From Bacteroidales bacterium (GTDB lineage Bacteria; Bacteroidota; Bacteroidia; Bacteroidales; VadinHA17): DNA of 64,000 nucleotides. The notes beneath the pieces are model-generated. The model saw nothing but the letters and a program-made list of their open reading frames with translations, had not been told where the DNA came from and searched no databases. The stretch is taken from positions 20,813 through 84,812 of the forward strand of contig PLNT01000043.1 of NCBI GenBank assembly GCA_003141895.1. Direction: 5' to 3'. The translations under genes were made by a program, and so were the position numbers. Shown here in pieces: positions 26,901-36,084 of the stretch. Each line of letters opens with the position of its first letter. The stretch's first letter is position 1.

Positions 26901-28025
26901 TTAAATTCTCCCATCATAGTCAAGACGGTCATATTCAGGCATCAAAGGAAATTTTACAGCCTTCCCATCTCTTTGAGAGCGGTATATCGCAGTAAAAATC
27001 TCTACGGTCACCCGCCCTTCCTCTCCGCTAACCATCGGTTTTCTTCCCTCAATCAATGCATTTATAAAATCTTCAATCTGCAACATATGAAAGTATTCCA
27101 TGGGATTGACACTATTAAAAAAATCTGAATCTTCTTTTATCCAATCTTTTAGTTTATTTTCTTCTCCGGGAATCGTCCATAGGTCATTTACCGGCGGTTC
27201 CAGAATACTTGTCATACCAGCTATGAACATTGCACCTCCATCCGTTTGAACACCTACGGAAGCACCGTTATCTCCATGTATATGAACTTTTCCGTATATG
27301 CCGGGTTTTTGCGAATTACTTACAATAATATTCCCCACTCCACCATTTTTAAATTTCAGTATTGCCAGTGCAGTGTCTTCAACTTCAATATATGGATGGT
27401 TCATATTTTTCCAGATACCATATATTTCTTCAATTTCGCTGCCCATAAACCATTGCAGTAAATCTAACTGGTGAGGAGCCTGATTGACCAGGACACCGCC
27501 TCCTTCGCCTTTCCAGGTTCCTCTCCATGGATCACTTTCGTAGTAGGCCTCGTTGCGCCAGCCAAACATAAAAACTGTTCCAAGAGCAGGCTTTCCAATC
27601 TTACCGGAATCAATTGCTTTTTTTAGACGGATACATGGAGAATAGAAACGTCTTTGCGAAATTATCGCGATTTGTTTACCTGTTTCTTTGGCCGTAGAAA
27701 GCATCGCATCGCAATCCGCCAGCGAAGAGGCCAATGGTTTCTCAATAAGTACATTGGCGCCTGCTCTTAGCGCTTCAATTGCTGAGGCTCTATGTGCAGG
27801 ATGTGGAGTACAAATAATTACCATATCCAACCCTTCCTTAGTGACCATTTCTGTAACATTAGTATATGCATTTACTCCATATCTGGCAGCATACTCCTTA
27901 GATTTTTTTTCATCTCTGCTACAAACCGCAGTAAATGCCGATTTTGTTATTGTTTTTAATGCAGCGGCATGGATAGCCGCTACTTTTCCACATCCTATAA
28001 TTCCGGTTTTTAATTTATCGTTCAT
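26901..28025 (-). CDS. cytoplasmic Gfo/Idh/MocA family oxidoreductase
   Basis: 'LKTGIIGCGKVAAIHAAAL' Rossmann motif plus 'EKPLA'. No signal peptide. Confidence 0.85.
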   Translation of the reverse strand: MNDKLKTGIIGCGKVAAIHAAALKTITKSAFTAVCSRDEKKSKEYAARYGVNAYTNVTEMVTKEGLDMVIICTPHPAHRASAIEALRAGANVLIEKPLASSLADCDAMLSTAKETGKQIAIISQRRFYSPCIRLKKAIDSGKIGKPALGTVFMFGWRNEAYYESDPWRGTWKGEGGGVLVNQAPHQLDLLQWFMGSEIEEIYGIWKNMNHPYIEVEDTALAILKFKNGGVGNIIVSNSQKPGIYGKVHIHGDNGASVGVQTDGGAMFIAGMTSILEPPVNDLWTIPGEENKLKDWIKEDSDFFNSVNPMEYFHMLQIEDFINALIEGRKPMVSGEEGRVTVEIFTAIYRSQRDGKAVKFPLMPEYDRLDYDGRI

Positions 28026-28037
28026 GCAAAATAGTTT

Positions 28038-29066
28038 TTATGGGATAAGGATAACTTTTAATAATCCTTGTTCGTTTTTATACAATTTGCTGAAATACAA
28101 AGCCCCTTCAGATAATGGTGCCACAGCGCTGATCATTCTGTCTACATTGATTTTTCTTTTTGAAATGAGGTCAAGTACAGCCGGGTATTCACCATTGATG
28201 GCACAGGAACCTTTGACATTAATCTCCTGAGTTACCACTTTTTGCAATGGAAGTTCTACAGAAGGGGATAAGTTACCTACCAATATCAGAGTCGCTCCCT
28301 TTCGTAGGCTATCGATGGCAGATTTAATAGTTGGAGTAATGCCCACGGCTTCAAAGGCAAAATCCGCTCCGCGGTTTTGTGTCAGCTTTCGGATTTCACC
28401 AGGGACATTGTCAGTTTGAGCGTTAAGGATAACACCGGCTCCGGCATTTTTAGCCATATCCAATTTCCCCTGCAGCACGTCAACGGCGATGACATTGCAT
28501 CCTGCCTGTTTTAATAACTGGATAATGAATAAACCGATCATTCCTGAACCAAATACCACAGCCGTATTGTTAATTTTTACTCCTGAAAGATTAATTGCAT
28601 GTAAAGCTACAGCTGCCGGCTCAACCATTGCTGCCTGCTCAAAAGAGACATTATCAGGTATACGATAAAGAATATGGCCCGGGATAGTTACAAATTGAGC
28701 AAATGCGCCATTACGTCTGAATTCTTTACATGAAACACCCAATACCATTCTGTTATCACTAAGATTGTAGTGGCCATTACGTGTATACCAATCATCAAGT
28801 TTATAAATCGTCGAATCAAAAGTAACTCTGTCACCAATATTCCAACCAGTTACATTTTTACCGGTTTCAACAATAATCCCGGAGGCTTCATGACCCATGA
28901 TTATTGGCGGAATACGCCGACCGGTGCTTCCATCCATTCCATGTACATCACTTCCACATATTCCGACAGCTTTAACTTCAACCAAAACTTCATCGTCATT
29001 TGCAGCAGGCTTAACAACATCTTTATAAATAAGCTTATTATATTCTTCTAAAACCAGCGCTTTCAT
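28038..29066 (-). CDS. zinc-dependent alcohol/polyol dehydrogenase (MDR family, sorbitol/threonine DH-like)
   Basis: The 'GICGSDVH' zinc motif, 'GHEASG' and 'VFGSGMIGL' NAD motif are present. 342 aa. Confidence 0.85.
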   Translation of the reverse strand: MKALVLEEYNKLIYKDVVKPAANDDEVLVEVKAVGICGSDVHGMDGSTGRRIPPIIMGHEASGIIVETGKNVTGWNIGDRVTFDSTIYKLDDWYTRNGHYNLSDNRMVLGVSCKEFRRNGAFAQFVTIPGHILYRIPDNVSFEQAAMVEPAAVALHAINLSGVKINNTAVVFGSGMIGLFIIQLLKQAGCNVIAVDVLQGKLDMAKNAGAGVILNAQTDNVPGEIRKLTQNRGADFAFEAVGITPTIKSAIDSLRKGATLILVGNLSPSVELPLQKVVTQEINVKGSCAINGEYPAVLDLISKRKINVDRMISAVAPLSEGALYFSKLYKNEQGLLKVILIP

Positions 29067-29133
29067 TTGAAAAAAATTAAGGCACTTTTAAACCCGGGTT
29101 TATCAATGCCGTAGTTCATGATTAATTTATTAA

Positions 29134-30147
29134 CTATTTTTCTAAAAGGTTCAGTTTTTTTGTAAAACTGAACCCCCTTTTTTTATCAATTTCCCTCCTG
29201 CTGCGATCCTGATAATCAGTCAGTTCTTCCATCCCAAATTCTTTGGCCAGAGAACGGGCAGACACCCCGGACTTTTTTGCTCTCAGTACAAACCATTGTT
29301 CCCTTGGCATACTTTGTTCTTTTTCGACTTCTTCGCCATGGGTCTTTAACAGATTTTCCAGTTTATCCATATTAAAATTTTCATGATAAATTCCACGATC
29401 AAGATCAAGTGTTATCCGGGCAATTGTTATGTCCCCACTGTTCTCATCTACAATCCTATCCCCGGTGATATCATAAACCTGACAATCCCGGGTTTGTGTG
29501 CTTGTAACAATGTAATAGTGGTATAATAAGGCGTATGCCTGTAATTGTGTGCCTGCAGAGTAGGCGCTCGACCAAAAAATTATCTCCGCTCCATTATCTC
29601 TTAATGCCTGCCAGACCTCAGGGAAGTTTGCATCAAAACAGATAGCCATTCCTATTTTCCCGAAATCAGTTTCGAATACAGGGGCACCTGATATGCCCGG
29701 CTTCACAGGAGGATTCAGATCAAACTCGCTCCAATATGGATAGGCCTTATCATAACTGCCAACAACCTTCCCGTTTCTGTCAATCAATACGGCAGTATTT
29801 AAACGACTTTCCCCATCCTTGCGTTCAATAGGTGAAATTATGTATGTATTGTGTTTCTTAGCTAAAATCGACAGTTCTGTTATTGATTCACCGTTGAGTG
29901 TCTCTATTAATTTATCTCCTCTCCAGGTTTCGGGTAGCACAATTATATCAGTTCCTTTCGCGCCCTCCTGATCAACTATTTTCAGGATTTCCGAAAAATC
30001 ATTCCCCTGAAAACAGATGCTTACAACCCTGACCGGACGGCCGGTTTTTTCCGATGCGTTCATTTTGGATACAGTTAAAAACAAAAAAGCGACTAATAAA
30101 AACCCGGATAACAGGTGTTTTACTGATTTTAAATTTTTCATTCTCAT
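29134..30147 (-). CDS. secreted carbon-nitrogen hydrolase (nitrilase superfamily) with ~60-aa C-terminal extension
   Basis: Signal or TM segment 'LLSGFLLVAFLFLTVSKMNAS'. Candidate E-K-C triad from 'VLPETW', 'YDKAYP' and 'MAICFDANFPE'. The start could be Met1 or Met3. Confidence 0.7.
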   Translation of the reverse strand: MRMKNLKSVKHLLSGFLLVAFLFLTVSKMNASEKTGRPVRVVSICFQGNDFSEILKIVDQEGAKGTDIIVLPETWRGDKLIETLNGESITELSILAKKHNTYIISPIERKDGESRLNTAVLIDRNGKVVGSYDKAYPYWSEFDLNPPVKPGISGAPVFETDFGKIGMAICFDANFPEVWQALRDNGAEIIFWSSAYSAGTQLQAYALLYHYYIVTSTQTRDCQVYDITGDRIVDENSGDITIARITLDLDRGIYHENFNMDKLENLLKTHGEEVEKEQSMPREQWFVLRAKKSGVSARSLAKEFGMEELTDYQDRSRREIDKKRGFSFTKKLNLLEK

Positions 30148-30246
30148 CCTCCTTTTTTAAAAATGACATTGTGAATTTATTTACTGACTTCAAATTTATA
30201 TATTGATACTTTTGGTTAGTCTTATATTTTGCATTAATACGAATAT

Positions 30247-31293
30247 TTATAATGTCCGGTCATTTTCAGCGCTTTCGTAATAATCGAAATGATTGCCAAG
30301 TTTTTCCATGACAGGAAGGGTAATCTGGTCGAGTTCGGCCTTTTTTTCTTTATTTAATGGGCAATTAACAGCTTTTACATTTGCCTCCAATTCGCCTACA
30401 TTCCTGGAACCTACGAGTGTACAGGTGATTGCAGGGTTTTCCAAAATCCATCTAATGGCAATCTCGGCCATTGAGAAACCTGATTCTTTACAGATCCCTC
30501 GTATTCCTTTTATTGCGGCATTGGTCTCTTCTTCTGCCCCTTCTTCACCATGCCTGCATTCTTTCGTGCTTTTACAATTGAAGTGGCGTGTACGCCGTTG
30601 CCAAACCGGAATATCCTCCAGTGTAGGGTAAATGTCTGCCAATATACCCTGTAGCAAAGCCATATAACCAATTACACCAATTCCATTTTGTTCACAAAAA
30701 GGCAAAGTATCATATTCAACTGCACGGCAAAGAAGGTTATACGGAAGTTCATTTACAGCAATTTCTTCAAGTGGTAATTTTTTTAACCTGTTGCGGCTAA
30801 AATTACTAACTCCGAAATTTCGTATTTTCCCCTGTTGTTTTAATTCCTGGAGAGTCACTATGGCTTCACCGATTTCAGGAGGATTTTTAATGATTCGAAT
30901 ATCATTCGTAAAATGTCTGATTGAATGAGGGTGTAATGGCCAATGCACCATATATAAATCAATATAATCAGTTTGAATACGTCTTAACGAAGCCTCACAA
31001 TGCTGTATTAATGTTTCTTTATAACAATTTGAAGGACTAATCTTTGTACCAATAATTATCCCATCCCTTGGAATTCCAATAATTGCTTTCCCCAATGAAG
31101 ATTCACTTCTTCCTTCATTATATGCTTCTGCTGTATCAAAATAATTGATACCCAGATCAACAGATGCATGGACCACGTTATTTACATCGTTTTGATTTTG
31201 GTCTCCCCAGTATTCTCCACCACCAAAAGCCCAGCAACCGGTTCCTATTAAAGATAATTCGAGGCCAGGATTTTTACATTGTCTTTTTTCCAT
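30247..31293 (-). CDS. aldo/keto reductase
   Basis: 'GTGCWAFGG', 'FDTAEAYNEGRSE', 'YIDLYMVHWP' and 'GVSNF' are typical AKR motifs. Confidence 0.85.
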   Translation of the reverse strand: MEKRQCKNPGLELSLIGTGCWAFGGGEYWGDQNQNDVNNVVHASVDLGINYFDTAEAYNEGRSESSLGKAIIGIPRDGIIIGTKISPSNCYKETLIQHCEASLRRIQTDYIDLYMVHWPLHPHSIRHFTNDIRIIKNPPEIGEAIVTLQELKQQGKIRNFGVSNFSRNRLKKLPLEEIAVNELPYNLLCRAVEYDTLPFCEQNGIGVIGYMALLQGILADIYPTLEDIPVWQRRTRHFNCKSTKECRHGEEGAEEETNAAIKGIRGICKESGFSMAEIAIRWILENPAITCTLVGSRNVGELEANVKAVNCPLNKEKKAELDQITLPVMEKLGNHFDYYESAENDRTL

Positions 31294-31907
31294 TTATTCA
31301 AAAAATTGTTTGAATTCATTAATTACTTTTTTAATAATAATTTATTTGTGCACATTTCGTTGCCTATTATGACGGTTTTTTAGGCAAAAATTTATTTTTC
31401 CGATCTTAGTTTAGTATGAACCATACAATGGCCAAACAGGATAAATTACTGACTCATCCATATTTGTCCGTCATAGTTTATGTAAAATTATGAAAAATCA
31501 GATTCCAAGATAGAAATATTTATTCGGTACTACCTGCTATGAGACTTTGCTGGAATGATTCCGGTAAAGGTCGATCAAGAAATAAGCATAAAAGCCAGGC
31601 AAAAAGAAAAAATATTATCCGACCTCTTCTAATAGCAGTACTGACTACTACTTAAGTGTAAGAATGCATGTAATACAGGAATATATGAATATAGTTACAT
31701 TATAGACAGGTTAGGATTAGCTTCTTGCCCTAAAACCCACCTGAGGTGCTTAACCCTGTTTTGATAAGGTTTTTATTATCATTTTGCTTTTTTAGCTTTT
31801 CTTTAAAATATTCCTCCTTTACATTCGTCTTTATATCAGAAGAAGTTTTTCAAAGGAAGAAATTAAAAAGTAATCAATTAAAATCAAATCAACAAAAAGC
31901 GAACTAG

Positions 31908-32498
31908 ATGAACAATAACAATTCAAAACCACCTTCAACCAGCGATCAATTCAATAAAGTATATAGGTCGCCAATAGCTTCTTGGGCCTGGAGAGATATT
32001 CGTATCCCAAAGGAACTTAATGAACTTGTCGAAACAAATAATCCAAAAACTTCTTTAGAATTTGGTTGTGGGATTGGAGGATTTTCTACTTATATGGCAG
32101 AGCAAGGAATAAAAGCAACAGGTGTTGACTTTTCATCAGTTGCTATTGAAGAGGCAAAAAAAAGAGTAGCCAATTCTGAACATAAACCAACCTTCCTGGT
32201 AGGTGATGTAACCAATTTGGAAATGTTTAACGACCAGTTTGATGTTTCCTTTGACATTGGATGTTTTCATTGTTTGAATGAAGAAGATCAGCAAAAATAT
32301 GTTTCAGAAGTTTACAGACTATTAAATCCAGGCGGATCGCATTTGATTTGGGCTTTAGATAATGCTCCCAGCGATATTAAACTAAACCCTGACTTTATTG
32401 CTAAGACATTTGAAAACGGGTTTCAATTAGTGAATTCCAAGGTTAGCCGTAGAAGAATAATCGCATCTCATTGGTATTGGATTGTTCGTGAAAAATAA
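31908..32498 (+). CDS. class I SAM-dependent methyltransferase
   Basis: Motif I 'SLEFGCGIGGFS', motif II 'VGDV' and post-I 'GVDFS' are present. 196 aa. Confidence 0.75.
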   Translation: MNNNNSKPPSTSDQFNKVYRSPIASWAWRDIRIPKELNELVETNNPKTSLEFGCGIGGFSTYMAEQGIKATGVDFSSVAIEEAKKRVANSEHKPTFLVGDVTNLEMFNDQFDVSFDIGCFHCLNEEDQQKYVSEVYRLLNPGGSHLIWALDNAPSDIKLNPDFIAKTFENGFQLVNSKVSRRRIIASHWYWIVREK

Positions 32499-32517
32499 TT
32501 CTTGATAAAAAAATACA

Positions 32518-32688
32518 ATGATTACAGCTATAAAGAACGCACAGATTTTCGACGGTGAGAGCATTATTGATGACAAAATAATCTTGATTGAAGGGGAACG
32601 GATTCTTAGTGTTGGTGGAGTTGTGCCAACCGGTGCAACCGTTATCGATGCCAAAAATGCAATGCTAATGCCCGGGCTTATTGATTAG
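32518..32688 (+). pseudogene. 5' remnant of an amidohydrolase-family gene (56 codons, then stop)
   Basis: My translation is 'MITAIKNAQIFDGESIIDDKIILIEGERILSVGGVVPTGATVIDAKNAMLMPGLID*'. This is the typical amidohydrolase N-terminus up to 'PGLID', where 'xHxH' should follow. Instead a TAG occurs, and downstream frames show no HxH or further homology. Confidence 0.55.
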
Positions 32689-32774
32689 CACACTTGTTTT
32701 TTCATCGTTAAATTACTACTGAAGTATCACAGCGAGTGGTGCGAGCAATCCTCATTCTGGTTTGCATGAACTTC

Positions 32775-33314
32775 TTATGGAGTCGTTTTCAGACTGTCCA
32801 GAGACAGTGTAATGTCGGCAACCTGATTCGGAGGCTGATGATAATTATATTTTGTCATTCCGCTGTCTGCTTTAAAAATACAATTCATACTCGGCATGCC
32901 TGTATCACCAATCTTTTTTAATTCTATTTTAGAAACACTTTGATATCTTTTAAAAAGGAATCCCCATAATGAGATTTTTGAAGATGATTTGTCTTGAGTA
33001 ACTTCCAGGTATGTTATACTATCTGTAATTACTATTTTATAACTAGCTAGAGTTATTATAGCATTCAACTTCCGCTCAATCATATATTTAATAGAACCGC
33101 CCTGTGAAGATTCTGATACTACCTTCCATGTTTCAGTTCCTTTGGTGTCAGCAGGAAGTTCTCTTTTTTCGTATCTATAGTAATATTCATTACCGGTTTT
33201 AAGCGGAAATAAATCATATGGATTTTTCTGTTTTTCGCAAGCATTAAATAGAAAAACGAATGAAGCAAGAATCCATAATAAGCCTTTTCGCTGAAGATTT
33301 TTCATAATCCACAA
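32775..33314 (-). CDS. hypothetical lipoprotein
   Basis: Lipobox 'FLFNAC'. No recognised domain. Confidence 0.45.
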   Translation of the reverse strand: MWIMKNLQRKGLLWILASFVFLFNACEKQKNPYDLFPLKTGNEYYYRYEKRELPADTKGTETWKVVSESSQGGSIKYMIERKLNAIITLASYKIVITDSITYLEVTQDKSSSKISLWGFLFKRYQSVSKIELKKIGDTGMPSMNCIFKADSGMTKYNYHQPPNQVADITLSLDSLKTTP

Positions 33315-33567
33315 ATTACAATTTTAATCTGTCAAAGTCAAGTTAGGAGCAGGTTTTATAATGGAAATCCGTCAATAGATTGATATTGTAATAAAGCAGG
33401 AGATCTTATCATGGTCACAGGAATTAGTTTATCCTTGTGCGATACATGTTCAAGTACTTTTTTACATCTGCCAGAGTCTCATCGCCTGATCATAATTAAA
33501 AAATAAATCATTAATTTTGAGGAAGATTAAGTAGTTCAGTTATCTCATTAATATAAAACAGATTGCC

Positions 33568-33951
33568 ATGCCAAGAGTTTTTAAAGCGACAGAGATAGAG
33601 AAGGAAGATAAAGAGGTAAAACGTGATTATCTGGATAGACATATGCCACATGTTTTCTGCCCCGATACAGTAAAAAGAGGGGAAAAATTTGAAGTCAAAA
33701 TAATAGTAGGCGAAGAATATACGCATCCCGATGAACATGATCATTTCATCAGCGTTCTCCAGCTATGGAACAGGGAAACCCTTCTTGCTGAAGCTCGCTA
33801 TACGGCAGGTGTCTACGGAAGTAAGCCATCACATTTTGAGGTCGGGTTTTATATTGTTGCTCCGGAGGTATCAATGAACCTCTCTGCAATGTCGGTATGT
33901 ACAAAACACGGTCTCTGGCAGAGTGAAGATAAACCGGTAAAAGTTATATAA
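33568..33951 (+). CDS. superoxide reductase (1Fe-SOR / neelaredoxin-type, desulfoferrodoxin ferrous-iron domain)
   Basis: All iron ligands are in the expected spacing: 'RHMP', 'THPDEHDHFI' and 'CTKHGLWQS'. Pyrococcus SOR has KHVP, PHPxxxxHHI and CNIHGLWE. Confidence 0.75.
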   Translation: MPRVFKATEIEKEDKEVKRDYLDRHMPHVFCPDTVKRGEKFEVKIIVGEEYTHPDEHDHFISVLQLWNRETLLAEARYTAGVYGSKPSHFEVGFYIVAPEVSMNLSAMSVCTKHGLWQSEDKPVKVI

Positions 33952-34006
33952 CCTCATTAAATTACCATTTTTGATTCCTTTATCTCATATGATGAGACAG
34001 GATTAT

Positions 34007-34014
34007 TATCTTTG
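34007..34014 (+). promoter_or_regulatory. candidate -7 promoter element (TAnnTTTG)
   Basis: TATCTTTG lies 23 nt upstream of the ATG at 34037. This is a motif match only. Confidence 0.3.
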
Positions 34015-34036
34015 CAAGCCGATTAAATAATTCACA

Positions 34037-34900
34037 ATGCCGAAGGACGAAAAGAAAAAAAGCAACTGGCGCGATAAATACAGGTTCTCCATAATAAATG
34101 ATCATACTTTAGAGGAAGTCTGGAAAATTATACTCACTAGGTATAATGCCTTCCTTCTTGTAACATTTATTCTCTTGTTTCTCGTGTGGGGCACCAGCAC
34201 TCTTATCTCATTTACAAACCTGAGGGAATTTATTCCGGGATATCCCGATGTAACAATGCGTCGCAATATCCTCATGAGTGCAATTCGTCTTGATTCTCTC
34301 GATCGGGAACTGAAACTGAGAGATAAATATTTCGATAATCTGAATAAAATTATTACTGGGGGCCAGCCTGTTGGAATGAAATTGCTACAGGACAGTACCA
34401 AAAATTATAAAGCCATAAGTTTCAATACTTCACCGAAGGATTCAATACTACGGGCACGTGTTGAAAACGAAGAAAGATATAATCTTACACTCGGGACATC
34501 TTCACCTGAAACCGTTTCAGGTCTGGCAACCCTTCATTTCTTCCCTCCTGTAAAAGGGATAGTTTCAGGGAGATACGATTTAAGAACAAAACATTTTGGT
34601 ACTGATATTGTCACAAAACCCAGAGCTCTTGTATCGGCTGTACTCGATGGCACGGTCATTTTCACGGGATGGACAATGGAAACCGGATTCGTTATTGAGG
34701 TTCAGCATCAGAATAATATCGTTTCGGTTTATAAACATAATGCGGGACTTTTGAAGGAAACCGGCGATCTGGTCCGCGCCGGTGACGCTATTTCCATTGT
34801 AGGTGATTCAGGCGAAATGTATACTTCAGGTCCTCATCTTCATTTTGAGGTTTGGTACAAAGGAAGTCCGCTTGATCCTGAAAAACATATAATATTCTAA
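34037..34900 (+). CDS. M23 family metallopeptidase (peptidoglycan endopeptidase), membrane-anchored
   Basis: N-terminal TM helix, then 'HFGTDI', 'HQNNIVSVYKHN' and 'GPHLHFEV' (LytM-type HxxxD / HxH motifs). Confidence 0.85.
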   Translation: MPKDEKKKSNWRDKYRFSIINDHTLEEVWKIILTRYNAFLLVTFILLFLVWGTSTLISFTNLREFIPGYPDVTMRRNILMSAIRLDSLDRELKLRDKYFDNLNKIITGGQPVGMKLLQDSTKNYKAISFNTSPKDSILRARVENEERYNLTLGTSSPETVSGLATLHFFPPVKGIVSGRYDLRTKHFGTDIVTKPRALVSAVLDGTVIFTGWTMETGFVIEVQHQNNIVSVYKHNAGLLKETGDLVRAGDAISIVGDSGEMYTSGPHLHFEVWYKGSPLDPEKHIIF

Positions 34901-34914
34901 TTTCGTTACCCGGT

Positions 34915-36084
34915 ATGGGAGAAAGAATTGCTTTGCTGGGATCAACTGGGTCGATAGGTACCCAGGCTCTGGACATCATCTCAAAATATCCTGAAAGGTT
35001 TGTGGTAGAGGTACTTGTTGCAGGTAACAATCTTGATCTTCTGACAAAACAAGCTTTGTTATTTCAACCCGATTCCGTTGTAATCGCAAATCCTGAGCAC
35101 TACCTTGAATTAAAAGAAAATCTTCATAATACAAATATAAAAGTATATGCCGGCAATGATGCAATAGACCAGGTAGTTACTTCGGCATCAGTAGATGTTG
35201 TGATTGCTTCTATTGTTGGGTATTCGGGAGTAAGACCAACTATTTCTGCTATAAAAGCCGGGAAAAAGGTTGCACTTGCAAATAAAGAAAGTCTGGTTGT
35301 TGCAGGTGAGATAATAGGCAGACTGGTAAGAGAATCCGGAAGTCTTATTATTCCTGTTGATTCTGAACATTCTGCTATATTTCAGTGTCTTGTAGGAGAA
35401 TCAGGGAATCCGGTGGAAAAAATAACACTGACTGCATCCGGAGGTCCCTTTCTTAATTTCACGGAAGAGATGTTGAAAAAAGTAAAGCCCTGTGATGCTC
35501 TGAAGCATCCAAACTGGAATATGGGCTGTAAAGTAACTATAGATTCTGCGTCACTCATGAATAAAGGACTGGAAGTGATCGAGGCTAAATGGCTTTTTGA
35601 TCTGACCCCGGAACAGATCTCAGTTGTTATTCATCCCCAATCGATCATTCATTCATTTGTCCATTTTGCCGATGGTTCTGTTAAAGCTCAGTTAGGTGTT
35701 CCGGATATGCGGGTACCGATCCTTTATTCCCTTACTTATCCCGACAGGCTGCAATCTGACCTTCCGCGTCTTAAGCTGAATGATTGCAAACCACTGACAT
35801 TCATTGATCCTGACGTAAAAAAATTCCGAAACCTTTCACTGGCTTATGAAGCGCTTTCAAAAGGTGGAAATATGCCATGCATATTAAATGCAGCTAATGA
35901 GATAGCAGTCAATGCGTTTCTAGACTCAAAGATAGAATTTACCCAAATGCCTGATATCGTTGAGTATACAATGGAAAAAAGTTTTTACTCCGCGACGCCC
36001 GATCTGAATTTCCTTGAATTGACAGATACCGAGGCCCGGAATACGGCTCTCAGCTTTGTTAATAAACTCCAAAAAGAAAAATGA
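34915..36084 (+). CDS. dxr: 1-deoxy-D-xylulose-5-phosphate reductoisomerase
   Basis: 'IALLGSTGSIGTQALD', 'LANKESLV', 'PVDSEHSAIFQ' and 'HPNWNMG' are canonical Dxr motifs. Confidence 0.95.
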   Translation: MGERIALLGSTGSIGTQALDIISKYPERFVVEVLVAGNNLDLLTKQALLFQPDSVVIANPEHYLELKENLHNTNIKVYAGNDAIDQVVTSASVDVVIASIVGYSGVRPTISAIKAGKKVALANKESLVVAGEIIGRLVRESGSLIIPVDSEHSAIFQCLVGESGNPVEKITLTASGGPFLNFTEEMLKKVKPCDALKHPNWNMGCKVTIDSASLMNKGLEVIEAKWLFDLTPEQISVVIHPQSIIHSFVHFADGSVKAQLGVPDMRVPILYSLTYPDRLQSDLPRLKLNDCKPLTFIDPDVKKFRNLSLAYEALSKGGNMPCILNAANEIAVNAFLDSKIEFTQMPDIVEYTMEKSFYSATPDLNFLELTDTEARNTALSFVNKLQKEK

